This document shows positions 14,177 through 26,704 of a stretch of DNA of 64,000 nucleotides, in pieces (positions within the stretch are counted from its first letter, which is position 1; every line of letters begins with the position of its first letter). Source of the DNA: Phoronis australis (lineage: Eukaryota; Animalia; Phoronida); contig NMRA01000372.1 of the NCBI GenBank assembly GCA_002633005.1, positions 381,875 through 445,874 on the forward strand. The letters are read 5' to 3'. A model generated the notes under the pieces. It was not told the DNA's origin. It saw nothing but the letters and a program-made list of their open reading frames with translations, and did no database searches. Position numbers and translations under genes: made by a program.

Positions 14177-14290
14177 CTACTGAAGCAAGCCCCAAAACGC
14201 GACACGGATTCAAATAAGGAAGTAGTCTGACTGTTACGATTCGGACCTGTCCTGTTTACTGTTCCTCAACCACACAGTTTACGTAAACAC
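14177..14290 (-). other. Candidate 5' non-coding first exon of GRDP copy A
   Basis: Consensus donor AG|gtaagg at 14177/14176 on the minus strand. Copy A's first coding exon has a splice acceptor, so an upstream exon is expected. 5' boundary is a guess. Confidence 0.3.
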
Positions 14291-16553
14291 AAACGTAAAA
14301 CTTATATTTTTAGTGACTAAATTTTACATGAAAATGAGTGCTATTCATACATGTTTGTCATTAAATAAAAATTCTTTATGGGTATACAGTTTTACAGATA
14401 GAAAACTTTTACCATTTTGGCATATATTGTACATAAATTTAGGTGAACAAAACATTTGTTTTATATTTATGAATAGCTATGTGAAAAGAGAGACATCTAG
14501 CGTTTGATTTGCTTTACATAATTTTAAATTACAGCCTGCTAACACATATATGCCTCGGCGCCCGCATTCAATGATCTTTGACAATTGAGTTTCAGTCTTA
14601 TGTGCAGACTTGTGTTAAATTTTGTTTTTCAATTTACTTTAAATGTGCTTCACTAATCTGAGACAAGACTGATCCGAACTGGTTCGGCTGGTTACTACCA
14701 CCGGCCCGGCGGCTGCACCAACTCAGCCGGAATTAAGGCATGAGCCGGCCCGCTTTTTTCAGCTATTTTTTCCGAATCATAAGTTCTTCTTCCACGAGGT
14801 TGCGTTCCATGCGCGCACCTGGGGGGGAGGGGGAGGGGCCGGGGGGAGTTGGGGGGGGGGGCTCGGAGGGCTCGACGCCGAGACCCTCTTGAAGTTGGGC
14901 CGAAGTGCCGGGCAACGCCATGGAGGCTTACACTGGTCACCGCTCAGATTCCCCTAGCCCCGCCAAACAATTTTTATGATGCCTTTTCAGTTCGCCCTTT
15001 GTGCTGATGTAGTTCTAAGCTACTTAAATGGAAAGGTAATAGCTACCACTGTTTCAACAATTATGGTTGTTATTACACCCGAGCCCTGGCCGGCAGCACA
15101 CTAACAGAGATATCACATATGATGAGCCTGCAGGCGTGTGGAGAGTTGTAACTTGGTACATAAAAAGTTAATTGGATGTATTTATCTTGACCGAGGACCA
15201 CTTCTCAAAGGAACGACATGTTTCATATACCGGCTATAATACTCCTGCCTACCTATTTTTTTACCGGGAATCATTGAACTCTATAGTGGTCGATATCTTA
15301 TTTTTAAACTTCAACTACCAAAACAGTGGTAGATTTTAATCGTCAGCGATCAGCTTAATTAGTTTAGTTAATTGAACTTCCCAGATTACAGCAACACTAA
15401 ACATTTCACAGCGATCAAAAGTACACGTACTATTCGTTCAAGTTTAACCTTTATTAGAACTCAAATCATCTATACAAAAGTACAAATGATGATCTGATAG
15501 CCGCGAAACTGAAGATTTGGAATTTCTGGACAATTTCGGTTACACTGACAACATAACTATTCGCATAGATGTTTGTCAGTCATAAAAACGGTGCCGGCGC
15601 AAACGATAAATACAACTGTTTCCTAGTCTAAAATCTGGTTAAAAGAGATTGAAAGAATAGTAATAAAATAAATAATCCCTGCATTGATATTGTACACTCT
15701 GATCAACGTTTGTAAATCCACTTGTATTATATCAATACACATGTTAATTTATCTTCAATCGTACCCAGTGTTTTTAGTTTTTACTAGCTTATTAGTTCAT
15801 CGATTTGGTTGTTTTTGTTTCTCAGCGGAATACCACCGTGGTGACGAAAATTATTGGTTAATGCATTATGAAAATTCGCCAATATGTACATGTAAAGGCC
15901 GAGAAGTTTACTTCAGTTTGTAGTCGGACAATTTCACTTACATTTGTAATTGGGTCTTGCTCGCACCAGACTCCGCCTCTCTGCCACTCTTGTGCTCTTC
16001 CAACTGAGCTACCGAGGTCCCGATATCTGTGCAATAACTGTTTGCAGCCGGCGGTTGGGTGGGTGGGTGGTCGGGTGGGTGGGCAAGGGGTTGAAGTGAT
16101 TGGCAATCTGGGACTTAAGCAATGAACAGGATGAACACCTAGGATACGGAGCCAGACACAGAATGAATGAGTTTCTACCGTACTAGTACCTACCATACCG
16201 GGAGCGGTCTGCTCTCCCACACCCCCCATTGTGGGTAAGCCAGTGCTTACTAGAGTTCGCATTTTTTTCAAAATTGGTAATAGTGTTTCTATTTCAATAT
16301 CTCACTAACCTATGTGAAATCGCCAATCGTTGCTCTTTTAAGGCTAAAGTGTTTGACTTCATTTTCAAAATTTGACATTGTTCTTAGTCAAGTTGATGTA
16401 AATTCTTGCCCAAATAAGATAGCACAAACAACTTTTAGCCTACATGGCCCCGAGGGATCTCTAATCGTTTCTATTCTGAGCAAGGTAGAAGTTCCAATAT
16501 AACATTTGAGTCTATGTGTTATTTTTGGAAAATTAAAGTTGTCGTGTAGTACA

Positions 16554-16708
16554 CAGTGGCGGATTTAAAGCGGGGCCAAGGGGGCCATGCTCCCCCCTAA
16601 AACTCTCCCAGATTCCATTTTGCAATTGGGGGTGCGAATGTCTGACGGGCAAAATCCTTGTTAATACTCTGCCTTGGCCCCTAACTAAAAATCCTGGATC
16701 CGCCCCTG
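16554..16708. mobile_element. hAT-like MITE family (cagtggcggat...gatccgcccctg); other copies 22072-22410, 28480-28636, 34153-34290, ~52150-52224, 60746-60782, 63967-64000
   Basis: Short TIRs and a shared internal sequence in about 7 dispersed copies; no clean 8-bp TSD seen. Confidence 0.7.
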
Positions 16709-19028
16709 ATCTTTATGCATAAAATGTACAGTACTGTGTACCTGTTAGAAATTCTGTTTATTTTTCAAAATTATTTAAACACACAGAACTCTCCTAGATG
16801 TGAATTATAACATTCTCTATACTCGGAATGTGTCTGGCTACCTCTGCATAATGTGTAGGTTGTTTTGTCCTTTGGTTTGGGTGGTGATTAGTTTTAGTCA
16901 ATGTCATTCCATTAAACTCTCAAATCATTCTGTCATATTTTCAAATGGTCGGAATAATATTGATTTTGTAATTAAAAGAATTCGTTCCGTAACGGCCCTC
17001 GATGTACATGTGTAACTGCCGATAGTTTTGCCAAATTTATTTAGTCGCAGATTTCAACCCCGTAACATTGAAACAATATTTCCAATAAAACAGAACCGGC
17101 AGGTTGAAACGGACGGTATTATGATTCACACACGTTTGAAACATTATTTGTCTATCCCGGGGAGATATCTCATTATCATCTGTTTAGCCAGTGTGGACCC
17201 ACTGTCCCTCCAAGCCTGTTGCTTCCGTTGACTTGTTTTGGCGTCACTCTTCTTGCTCGCCATCTATGACATCATTTTTTCTGTAATCAGTTCCATGAAG
17301 AAACCTTTTTCTCAAGAGAAAAGTGTTCTGACCTTTTTCTACTCATTTTATTGATTACAGAGCCACCCGGAAAATACGTCTGCACCGATTCTACCTCCAC
17401 TGTGCGCTGTCATTGAAACATACGTGATCGCAGTTCCATTAACACTTCAATAGCTTCTTTGTGGGGTTAATCCAGTTCGACACAGTGGGGCGCCTTGTCG
17501 TCTTCTTTCTAAGAACACTGTTCGGCAAAATTAAATGAAAATCTGCAAAGCAACTCTAAAGATAGATACAGGCATCCACTAGGAGACACAGCAGTGGTCC
17601 AACTGTTGTCGAGTTTAAAATTGGACTACACACGACAAATTGTAACCTTGCAAGGGGTTAACCCTATGTTTACACACTAGCCCTGAACTTGAGATAAACA
17701 TTTTTCACCGTCAGAGTATTTCGTGAGAAGTCAAGCTTGTTCAACGTGAAATGATGGATAGATATAAAGCAATATAGGTAGATGGGCTTTACGTGAGCTT
17801 TTTTAAAAAATGACCTAAAAATGGTAAGTTGGCAGCATTTTTCTCTAATGCAAATCAGCACGGTTTAAAAATTCCGTGGTTGCCTACTTTTGCAAATGAT
17901 TTTCAAAAACGAAATGATCATAAAGGATATTTGTGGAGATTAGGAAATAAAAGCTTTCGATATCTTATTTTTGGAAAATTAAAAATTGATCTGAAGCACG
18001 AGATTAAAATTCCGTTCTGCAAAGTACTTGCCTGCTCTCCTCTAACCTATCCTCAAGCTCGCTTCAGTCCATGAGATGAGTTCGCGATCTCTCGTTCTCA
18101 ATTTTTTTAAACGGCTTCATAGTTCTTTTATGTGAATATTGTGTTTTAATTATAAGTGAAATTTACTGCTAGTAATATTTAGACTTAGTTTAATAGTTGA
18201 GTACACTTTAGTGTTCCATTTTTAGATGCAGTTTTTCTATTTCGTCTCGAAATTTACCCCTGTGTAACCCAGAGTAGACTTACACATTTTCACAAGATAA
18301 GGTGACAATGATCTTCAACGGGGTCTGGCAATACAGGTGAATTAGGTGCCGTATCAAGGTAACGGTGCTTCTCCCGAAACAAGACCGAAATTACGCTTCC
18401 AGCAGAGGCAGGAACTTCAAGTTTTGCAGCCTGTCAATTTTATGTATTGAGTTCACGCTCATGCTGAACTTTTTTAATGTTAGCGTTTTCGGCGGTGTTC
18501 TATCGATTTTCCGGACGTTCGATGCATTTTTGTCTTGCAGGAGAAGACATCATTTGATACCTGTAAAGATAGGACTTGGTGTAGGAACACACTAACTTTC
18601 GAAAGATTCTGCTATCTCATGCCCCGTCAAACGATAAAATGTGGAATGAACACTTCATCAATAAATAAATAAACACTGTTTGATAAGAAATCTTGATCAA
18701 CGTTTATTACAAAGCAATCAATCGTCCAATCAACTTTCTGATAATGGTTGTAAACAAAAACTTCACCCAAGTCAGAAGACCGTCATATATCTCTCCACAT
18801 TACATCAGCAAATTTGCAAATTGTTCGAATCAATGTCTTAACGAGCGTCGTTGGTATTCTTGCTTAGTAATTCCAGGTTCAGCAGTCGCAGCTCTGATAG
18901 TACAAGCGCTTGGAAAAGTCAGGTGTGCGCGGATGTTTTGCGCCCGACTTATCATCAAGGGCAGGCTTCGGCACGCATATGATGCACAATCATGACCTGG
19001 CATCATTATTCGGAAATAGAAATGACTT

Positions 19029-20525
19029 TTAAAAGATAGAGCGGGTGAAGAACTTCTCCGTCATTAGGGCCTTGATGACGTCACCCCAAGTAGCTTTAGG
19101 TGGCACTTGCGACATCAGCTGACGAGCATCGTAGAACCTTTCGTTGGAGTCTGTTTCCCAGTTGATCAGGCCCATTAGATCGCGTACCTTAGCAAAGTCG
19201 CCGTAGTAGGTGGCACAGGGGTTGTGCTTCAACAACGTTGCGTCTCGGAAATCTAAGAACTGTGCCGTGTATAAACCATTGGCCTTGATCACTACTATGT
19301 TGTCCGCACTCACGGCTGTCAAAATCACGCCTGTTCTGTTCAGAACGTTAACCTGTTCACATACGTTGATCAGAACGTCAAGCCACTCTCGGTCGGTGAG
19401 TACAGTAAACCCAGACTTTTTCTTGTACTCGTTGAGTAGTTGACGCAGTGTCTGTCCTTTGTGGATAGCGGTTCCAGCAAAGTCAATTAAAAGTCCCCAC
19501 GAGATGTGAAACGAGTTTTCCTCTAACGGGAAAAACCCTCGAAATTGAGGAGTGATTCCTTTTTCATTGGCTAACTGGAAGACTTCAACTTCTTTCCAGA
19601 CGTCGTATAAAGATGATGACTCCTTGCGAAACACTTTGAGAACGTAGAACACCTGCTGCTTCTCAACTAAGTATACACAGCCATAACTTCCTTGGTCAAT
19701 AATAACAGGTTTTCCGTCACGATAAACGTAATGATAGCTCATGGGATCGTGAACAACAGTCGCACCAAATTTCGACTCAAAGTCTGGCTGATGGTGAAAG
19801 GGCGACGCCTTGAAAGTCGGAAATGGGAAAACTGGTACATGTTCAGACCAATGTCTACTATTTTTATTACTCTTCTTTCTGGAAAACAAAGATTTCACTT
19901 TACGCACTGTTCTCCGAAAAAGTGATAACTTTCGCTGTTCGCCGTCTTTATTTAAACCTCCTCCGTCATCACTTGTTCCAGCTACTGGGACTTCTGTCAC
20001 TACTTCGGGAAACAAGTTCAGACAATTTTCCGGTATCTTTATGGAGTTGGTATTGTTACTGTCTTCAAATCGATCGTCATCACTAGAGCATCTAGGTAGT
20101 GATGCGTTGTCAGCCTTGGTTTCACCTGCGGAATTGGAGCATCCCAACCCGACATCCTCCTCAGGGATGACTTCCATAGGTCTAGGTGGATCTTGACGAG
20201 TACTGGAGCAATGTACACGTTTATTACGTGTACATGTACCTCTACACTGTATTATCCGTTTTTGGGGTTCCGTAGAACAACTAGGGCCTGGCAAGTCGTT
20301 ACTCTTTACAACCCCTTCATGATCGCCGCCCCCCATGTCATCCTCATCACGAATTACTTGCCGTCTACGCGGCTTTCGACTAGTAGCAGACCAATGGGCA
20401 CCATTGTTGTGCAGAGCTCGATATTCCTTGATTCGTTTTTTGGCTTTCTCTCTAGCAATATGCAGTTTGAGCCTCTCGTTCGCCTTTTTCAAGATGTACT
20501 TTTTTCTCAAAGTCCTTTCATCCAT
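19029..20525 (-). CDS. Intronless protein kinase-like protein (~498 aa), predicted pseudokinase with a long disordered N-terminus
   Basis: QGSYGCVY (Gly loop), YVLKVF (beta3 Lys), KEVEVF (alphaC Glu), LTAVSADN in place of HxDxxxxN, DFR in place of DFG. First ATG at 20525 (the track's start is TTG). Minus-strand AATAAA at ~18703-18708. Confidence 0.8.
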   Translation of the reverse strand: MDERTLRKKYILKKANERLKLHIAREKAKKRIKEYRALHNNGAHWSATSRKPRRRQVIRDEDDMGGGDHEGVVKSNDLPGPSCSTEPQKRIIQCRGTCTRNKRVHCSSTRQDPPRPMEVIPEEDVGLGCSNSAGETKADNASLPRCSSDDDRFEDSNNTNSIKIPENCLNLFPEVVTEVPVAGTSDDGGGLNKDGEQRKLSLFRRTVRKVKSLFSRKKSNKNSRHWSEHVPVFPFPTFKASPFHHQPDFESKFGATVVHDPMSYHYVYRDGKPVIIDQGSYGCVYLVEKQQVFYVLKVFRKESSSLYDVWKEVEVFQLANEKGITPQFRGFFPLEENSFHISWGLLIDFAGTAIHKGQTLRQLLNEYKKKSGFTVLTDREWLDVLINVCEQVNVLNRTGVILTAVSADNIVVIKANGLYTAQFLDFRDATLLKHNPCATYYGDFAKVRDLMGLINWETDSNERFYDARQLMSQVPPKATWGDVIKALMTEKFFTRSIF

Positions 20526-20750
20526 TCTTTTCAATTATTTTATCTCCACTACGGTAAACGTCTATCCTCTTCAGCTATGGTCAACCGCGCGCATGATAAA
20601 TTACGAATGAGTGTTTGTTACGTCACGCTTTATTGTGTAATATAGATCATGACGTATTGTTATGAAATTCCATTATAGTTAATTTTCCTCAATATATTTA
20701 AATTGAAAAACAGTTTTATACATTGGGAAACTAAATACTAAAGTACTTAA

Positions 20751-21676
20751 ACAGTACACACCATGGATTTTTGCACATTTTGAATTACCGGTGGCCACAG
20801 ACTAAATGTATGACGTAAAATTTAGCTAAACCCATGTTTATGTTGTGTAATTAGTTCAAAATTTTGATTTTTCTTTCAATTTTGCCAATTTGCACATTTC
20901 CCGCCATGTGACGTCATGGGTTGAACAAAAGAGATCAGTGACTAGCATTGAACAATGGCGGAGACCAGGGAATTTGAAAGTGACCACGATTATGAGCAAG
21001 AATTGAACGAATACTATGAAGAAACGTATGAGAATGGTGGCCAGGATGAGGAAATGGGGTTGCACGAAAGCGAGAACAAGTTTAATGTGCTTCCGGCTGC
21101 GTACTTTTCTACTTTGAGCCTTGTAAACTGGATCCTCCCGCGAGAGAAGCGGCCTCGGGCTCGGCGAGTCAACCCAGTCATCCAACAGACGATCCTGAAT
21201 TAAAAGCTGATGTTTCTGAATGATAAATATTGTCCTTTATTGAACCAGGCCTTCATCGTCTCCTGTGACTGGAGTCGAAACACGAGTCCTCGAAGTGGGC
21301 AGAACACAGAGTGGCCCCGGACCGAATTGCTTGGACCACGATGATGACTTCCCACACTCTCGTTCGGCGCACGAAGTCATGCCACTTCTGCGCAACTTTG
21401 GTGTCCTTTGGAACACCGAGACGTTTTCCGCCTGGCTGTTGTTGCTGCAGCCTCCGAAACACATCTTTTGATCCCTCTACGAACCTTCTCGACACTTTGT
21501 CTCTGATCCGAACGGCATGGCAAACGACTTGGGTTCAACCCATGACGTTGTAAATAATTATTATTTTCTTCAATTTTTGCGTGTTTCTTTATGAGCTGTG
21601 CACTAAAGGCACTGAAATCAAGCAAGATATAATAATAAAATTTATTTTGAGGTACTAGAGTCATGTTGTGTACACT
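20751..21676. mobile_element. Non-autonomous Kolobok-like DNA transposon with THAP remnant (minus) and acidic KolX-like start (plus)
   Basis: TTAA on both sides; imperfect ~16-bp TIR (acagtacacaccatgg / tcatgttgtgtacact); frameshifted THAP C..GCSN..PKD..QKW..LCSAHFEDSCF at ~21270-21480. Confidence 0.7.
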
Positions 21677-21718
21677 TTAAGTCAAGTTCTAGATTACATT
21701 TATGTTTTTTAAAACATA

Positions 21719-21796
21719 AACGGAATCCTCGACCCCATTCCTGTTTATTATCAAAATATTAAAATAATAAACAGGAATGCGGTCGAGGATTCCGTT
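21719..21796. repeat. Inverted repeat, 33-bp arms with 1 mismatch and a 12-nt loop
   Basis: aacggaatcctcgaccccattcctgtttattat ... ataataaacaggaatgcggtcgaggattccgtt. Confidence 0.9.
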
Positions 21797-23527
21797 ACCA
21801 GTTGCTTCGTCACATCGTTAAGCCTTTTTTGGAAAGCGATGACAAAATTTGTGTTTAGAATAGGAAAAACAGCAATTTTAATGTTCTATTCTAACTGAAA
21901 CAAAGACAAACGTCCAGAAACCACCACACTTAATATACGTAGCGATTTATGAGTGCTTTCGACAAAAAGTATTGTCAATCTACCGGTATACGAAATGGTT
22001 ACTAACGAACGCTATATTAACCAAAAACCACGTCTTACTTTAGTTGTAAATTAAATTTGGATAACTGGTTGCAGGGGCGGATCCAGGATTTTGAGTTGGG
22101 GGTGCGGGGCACAAGAATAACCACAATTTCACCACATGCGCGCGTCCAGCCTAAAATGTAGGGCTGCAGGGGTCTCAAATTTTTGGGTTCTTTGGACCTT
22201 ATTACTAAAATATAAAAAATGAAAAAATAAAAACGGTAAACGAGGTTTGTTCAAAGCCTATGCATTGTGCATTCGCACCCACCCTGGGAGCCCTTCTGGG
22301 TGCGCACATATGCTAGTCAGCAATTCGCACCCCGAACTGCCAAATGGTATCTGGGAGAATTTTAGGGGGGCCTTGGCCCCTTGGCCCCCTCCCCCCTAAA
22401 CCCGCCACTGAAGATAGATTGAACACAGACCCCACTGAGCTTTTGAATTCAGTTACTACTCCAAACAGTGCTGTCGAACACGGACTATTGTTGAGCCAAA
22501 ATATGTCGAGAAGGTAATATTGAAAAACAAGGAATCTTAGCCATTTTACTTCCAATAAAGTAAACAACTGAGGTCAAAAGTATATGCACCAAACTCACAG
22601 CATGTGTCACTGAAGGATTCGCCTAACTGCTTTACAATAACTCATACTTGAGTACAGTACCTTTCAAAATAAACTGGAAAACAATGAAGCTCGATTAAGT
22701 TTCGACGCACAAACTGCAATTAAATATCCATTTATTTTTATTCTGAATTCGGGATAAATTTCGAAAATTTTGACAAATGTTGCACCATCCACTTTGAAAT
22801 CGTGATACACTAAACTCCGACAACTTAAGTTCGACAAACACGCAAGAGTCAGACTAACCAGCTGATATATTGAGGCGTTGCGAGAGGTTGGCGATCCTGA
22901 CGAATTCTGTCAAAGTTTATTTTGAAAACTTCTGTACAAGCCAAATATTTGTTTACCTAATATCATAGAAGTCATTCAATCCAACAATGGTTGACACAGA
23001 TACATCAACAGAACCATCAAGCTGTTGAGAGTTCCCACGTTACAACACTGTGCAACTGCCCTCTTTCGATTGATGTAAATATAAACATCTAAAGTACTAA
23101 ATTATAAACCTGAAATAGAATGATCAAACATAACCTGCAAATCCTCAGGATAACATAATGCCCGCCACCCATATCTAGCCGTGTACACCATAACAGGAAC
23201 GCATCAATTCACAAGCACAGACTTATAAACGTTGTTTCAGAAGTAGATCTGCAAAGTACTGCGCAGTGTTGCTTTAAACCGCACTGGATTGCGTAGTAGC
23301 ATCAGGTGCAGTATGGTACTATATTGTGCTATACATGTACACTACTGTTGACATATCAGTGATTGGATATTAATTAAACTCGACAAGTTTTTGTTAGGCA
23401 GAGACATTTGACTTGTCTACGAAAATTTGGAAACAATTTACCAAAATGAAAACAAAGCATCGGTATTAACAATAAATATTCAAACACTTGATTATCGCAA
23501 CCAAGACAATATAAAAATAAAAGACAA

Positions 23528-26500
23528 TCACAACCTTTCAAACTGAGGACAATAAACTTTTGGATGGTTTGAGTAATCCGTTAACCGACGCAACTTGATA
23601 GGTACCTTTCTAGCACCTGTCGCAGACTGACATTGGCTTCGCGCAGCGTATGCATCGTCACTACAACTGGCACCACAACCGCCGCAACTACATGTACCAC
23701 AACCAGAGACGCCACAGGAATCGATGCCACCGTGGAAGTCGTAGTATCCACCGCATATAGCGCTACAAGCCACGCCGTAGTGGTAGTGCATCCACGGGTT
23801 ACATGGCGTGCTGTGAAGATATCCCGCAGACAGGCAGGAGTAACATCGGCGAGACGTCACTACCAACAGGTCTGTCTCCACGGGTTGGCTTGGCCCTGAC
23901 CTTAACTTGGGGCGCGGGACCCAGGGTGGTGACTCCGCAACTGGATTGAACTGGTACCCTCTGGGGGGGCCTAGTCAGTGACAGGAGGGGGACGTGGTTG
24001 GTAGAGAACCTGGAAATAAACATGGCCAACAAACATGAGACACAATCATAGTTTTTCAAATAATGTCCATAAACCTGTGAGAGATTCAAATGATGAGTTT
24101 TACTGCAACAAGGTGTCTGCCAAACTTTGAATTTTAGGTCCAGTCACCAGGACATTTTTGATTATCAGGGCCACGTGGTACTTTAATCGTTCTCAGCCAA
24201 GACCACTATGCCCCCTAGTGGTGCTTTTTTCAGAACATAAATTTCCTTTCACATTATCTTGTATTGTGTTGAAATTCTGCTTTCCGCTCCACATGCAACG
24301 CTTGTGAAATGAGTTCCTCATAGATGAGCCAATGCTCATGAGATACAACGTACAGTGTATGTACGGAGGGAAAAGACTAAATCCTCAAACATCAACGGAT
24401 CACGTTGCTCGTCAGATATTCCACTAAATGTTAACAAAATGGAAATTGTAAATAGGGTACTGCTCATCAAGAATCATTCCAGTAGCAAGTCCGGTAAAGT
24501 AATCTCAGTACAAATTAATACGCAAATTGAAATGATCCTAACAGCCTTTTGCCACGGTAAGTAACTTAGAATGTACTTAAGACGTTTTCAGCAATACAGG
24601 GTGAACCAAGCTCGCGTTAAGTGTGAAAGTAGACAAGCATAATTGTTCATCCTTAAACTAGGTATTGACTAAGCATGATAACAAATAATATGAAGCTATG
24701 ACGCAGAAGGATTCGAGTAAGCTTCACACTTCATAATCCAAATGTGACGCATTTCTGTAAATCAAGAAAGATTTTCATATTTTTTTGCTTAGATATGTCT
24801 TGAAGTAGAAAGTAACTAGTTACAAAACATAAAATCCAAAGCACATTTTCTGCATAATCATACCTTGAACAGAAGTTGACTTTCAAACAAACAAAAAAAC
24901 GATTTAAGAACAATTTCAACAGAATTTCGCAGAATGCTAACTAAAGACAATTGAATTGGCTCGTCACATTGAAATAAATAGAAGAATAACAATACTTTTG
25001 TCATGAGCACCGCAAAACTGTACAAAACTGCTTTTTGTAACAGTGTGTCTGCAAATGTTTTACGTTTAAATCCTCATTGATGACAATGGTTGAACATGCC
25101 TTTCAGTTCAGAAAAGTCGCCACGTTGTCCAACGTGAATTATGAGCACTTTAACCACTCAATTCAATAACTAAAATTACACGTTCGTGATTAAATTCTTG
25201 GATTGTACAGAATAGTAGGTAAAGATATGTGTTACTATATTCTAATGCTAGAGCAATCGTGAAAACAATTTTTAAGCGCCTTAAATCCGTAACCTATGCA
25301 GCTGACATTGAAAGATGGCAGACCCGACCGAAATAAAGTCAAAATTTAACATACAAATAATAATAATAACTTTTGAATACACCATGCAATTTTGATAAAT
25401 CTTTCATTTTTGTATTTCATGCATTGATGCCTTTATTGAGTTTTATGCTTTTGTCTTCAAAGTGAAAAAATAATTTTCGGTTTGACCGGTTCACACACAC
25501 CTCATTCAAAATAGTTTTTTATGAATAAAAGCTAAATTGCCTCGAAATATTGCATAAATCGGAATATTTCCTTAAAAATTATTTATGTCAGCCTAAAAAG
25601 TGTTTCTGAGGTTTTCAACCGTTTTAGGTATTGGCACCAGGCAATTATGTCATCACTTGTGCCTGCATAATCTCTGACCCAAGGTCAGTTATGAGCTCTG
25701 AATGGGTGAAATGTTAATATGGATATGTCAGACAGCTTTACGGTCCTTAAAATGTTGATTCCAATTATCTTTCTTGAAACTATTTTAAATGTAACGAAGT
25801 TAAAAAACATTCGTTTAAAAATGTAGAATACGCATCATTTGGTTAATTTCTAGAACCAAAAATGAAAAAGCCCGTTCAAGAGATTTTTTGAATTTGTTAA
25901 GATATCCACGAACTATCCAAAAATATAAATTTCAATGTCCACAGCCCTGCGAACTGGCTTCTAGAAGTGTTTGAGTGACACCCACTTTCAACACTACAAA
26001 AAAGTGCTTACGGATTTACATGTACCTCTCCTGTCACGTGACGAATCCAGCTAAATCATTAAAGTCAATTTTATTTAGTAGTCCTCATGTCCCAATTCCT
26101 AATCCCATTTTTTTCCTCTTATTGCATGCAATGTGCCTGTTCTTTATATCGGAAAATTACTGTTTTCGGTATCCAAAAACATGTCATTTTCTACGGTAAA
26201 CCTTTGAAGGCCTATAGGTAAAAAACTAAGCGATCAATAAGTGCACAATTGGTGATTTTTGTATCAGAGCCATGCCATGATCACATACACAAAATTTAAG
26301 GTGGATCTAGAAGATGACCCCTGAGTGATTTTTTGATTTCTTTTGATTTTATCTTGGAATGGCTCTTAAAATCGAAGTAACCACCATCTTAGCTGAAAAC
26401 CAACGTATGTTAAAAAGAGCTCCACTAAGACGACTTAAAAACAGCACTTGTCCACTGTCAATAATCACATGAAGAACAGCCACGCTGAAAGCCGTTCCTA

Positions 26501-26704
26501 ACAACTCGGCTATCTCATCAAAAGAGCTGTTGGGAATAGTTATACGGCCTTCCTCAAGATCACTGTGACGCCCAGTAATTCAAAGTCTCCGCCACTAGAG
26601 GGCACCCTAGTACTGCCAGTCTCCTCCCTCCTAAAGTTGACCGCCAGCACTCAGCAGATATCCTGGGTGACCTTGTACTGCCGGAGTGACGTAGGTAGCG
26701 GTTC
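23528..26704 (-). pseudogene. GRDP pseudogene remnant (copy C): penultimate exon 26704-26469 and terminal exon 24009-23528
   Basis: Translates to GTAT..GHPGYL/..TRVPSSGGDF/DLEEGRITIP..FDEIAELLGTAFSVAVLH and VLYQPRPPPV*/..GVTTLGPA/..AGYLHSTPCNP..DFHGGIDSCG..CSCGGCGASC. Homologous to B's last two exons but needs frameshifts and contains a stop. Confidence 0.8.

Noticed and set aside
15950-16018. tRNA-like sequence on the minus strand (ggtagctcagttggaagagca)
   Set aside because: A-box/D-arm only; no T-arm/B-box or cloverleaf. At most a SINE-head remnant.
19210-20645. Plus-strand ORFs overlapping the kinase-like gene
   Set aside because: Antisense shadows of the real ORF with no independent support.
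25280-26369. Possible MITE ending cttggaatggctc|ttaa
   Set aside because: Matching left terminus not found, so boundaries cannot be supported.
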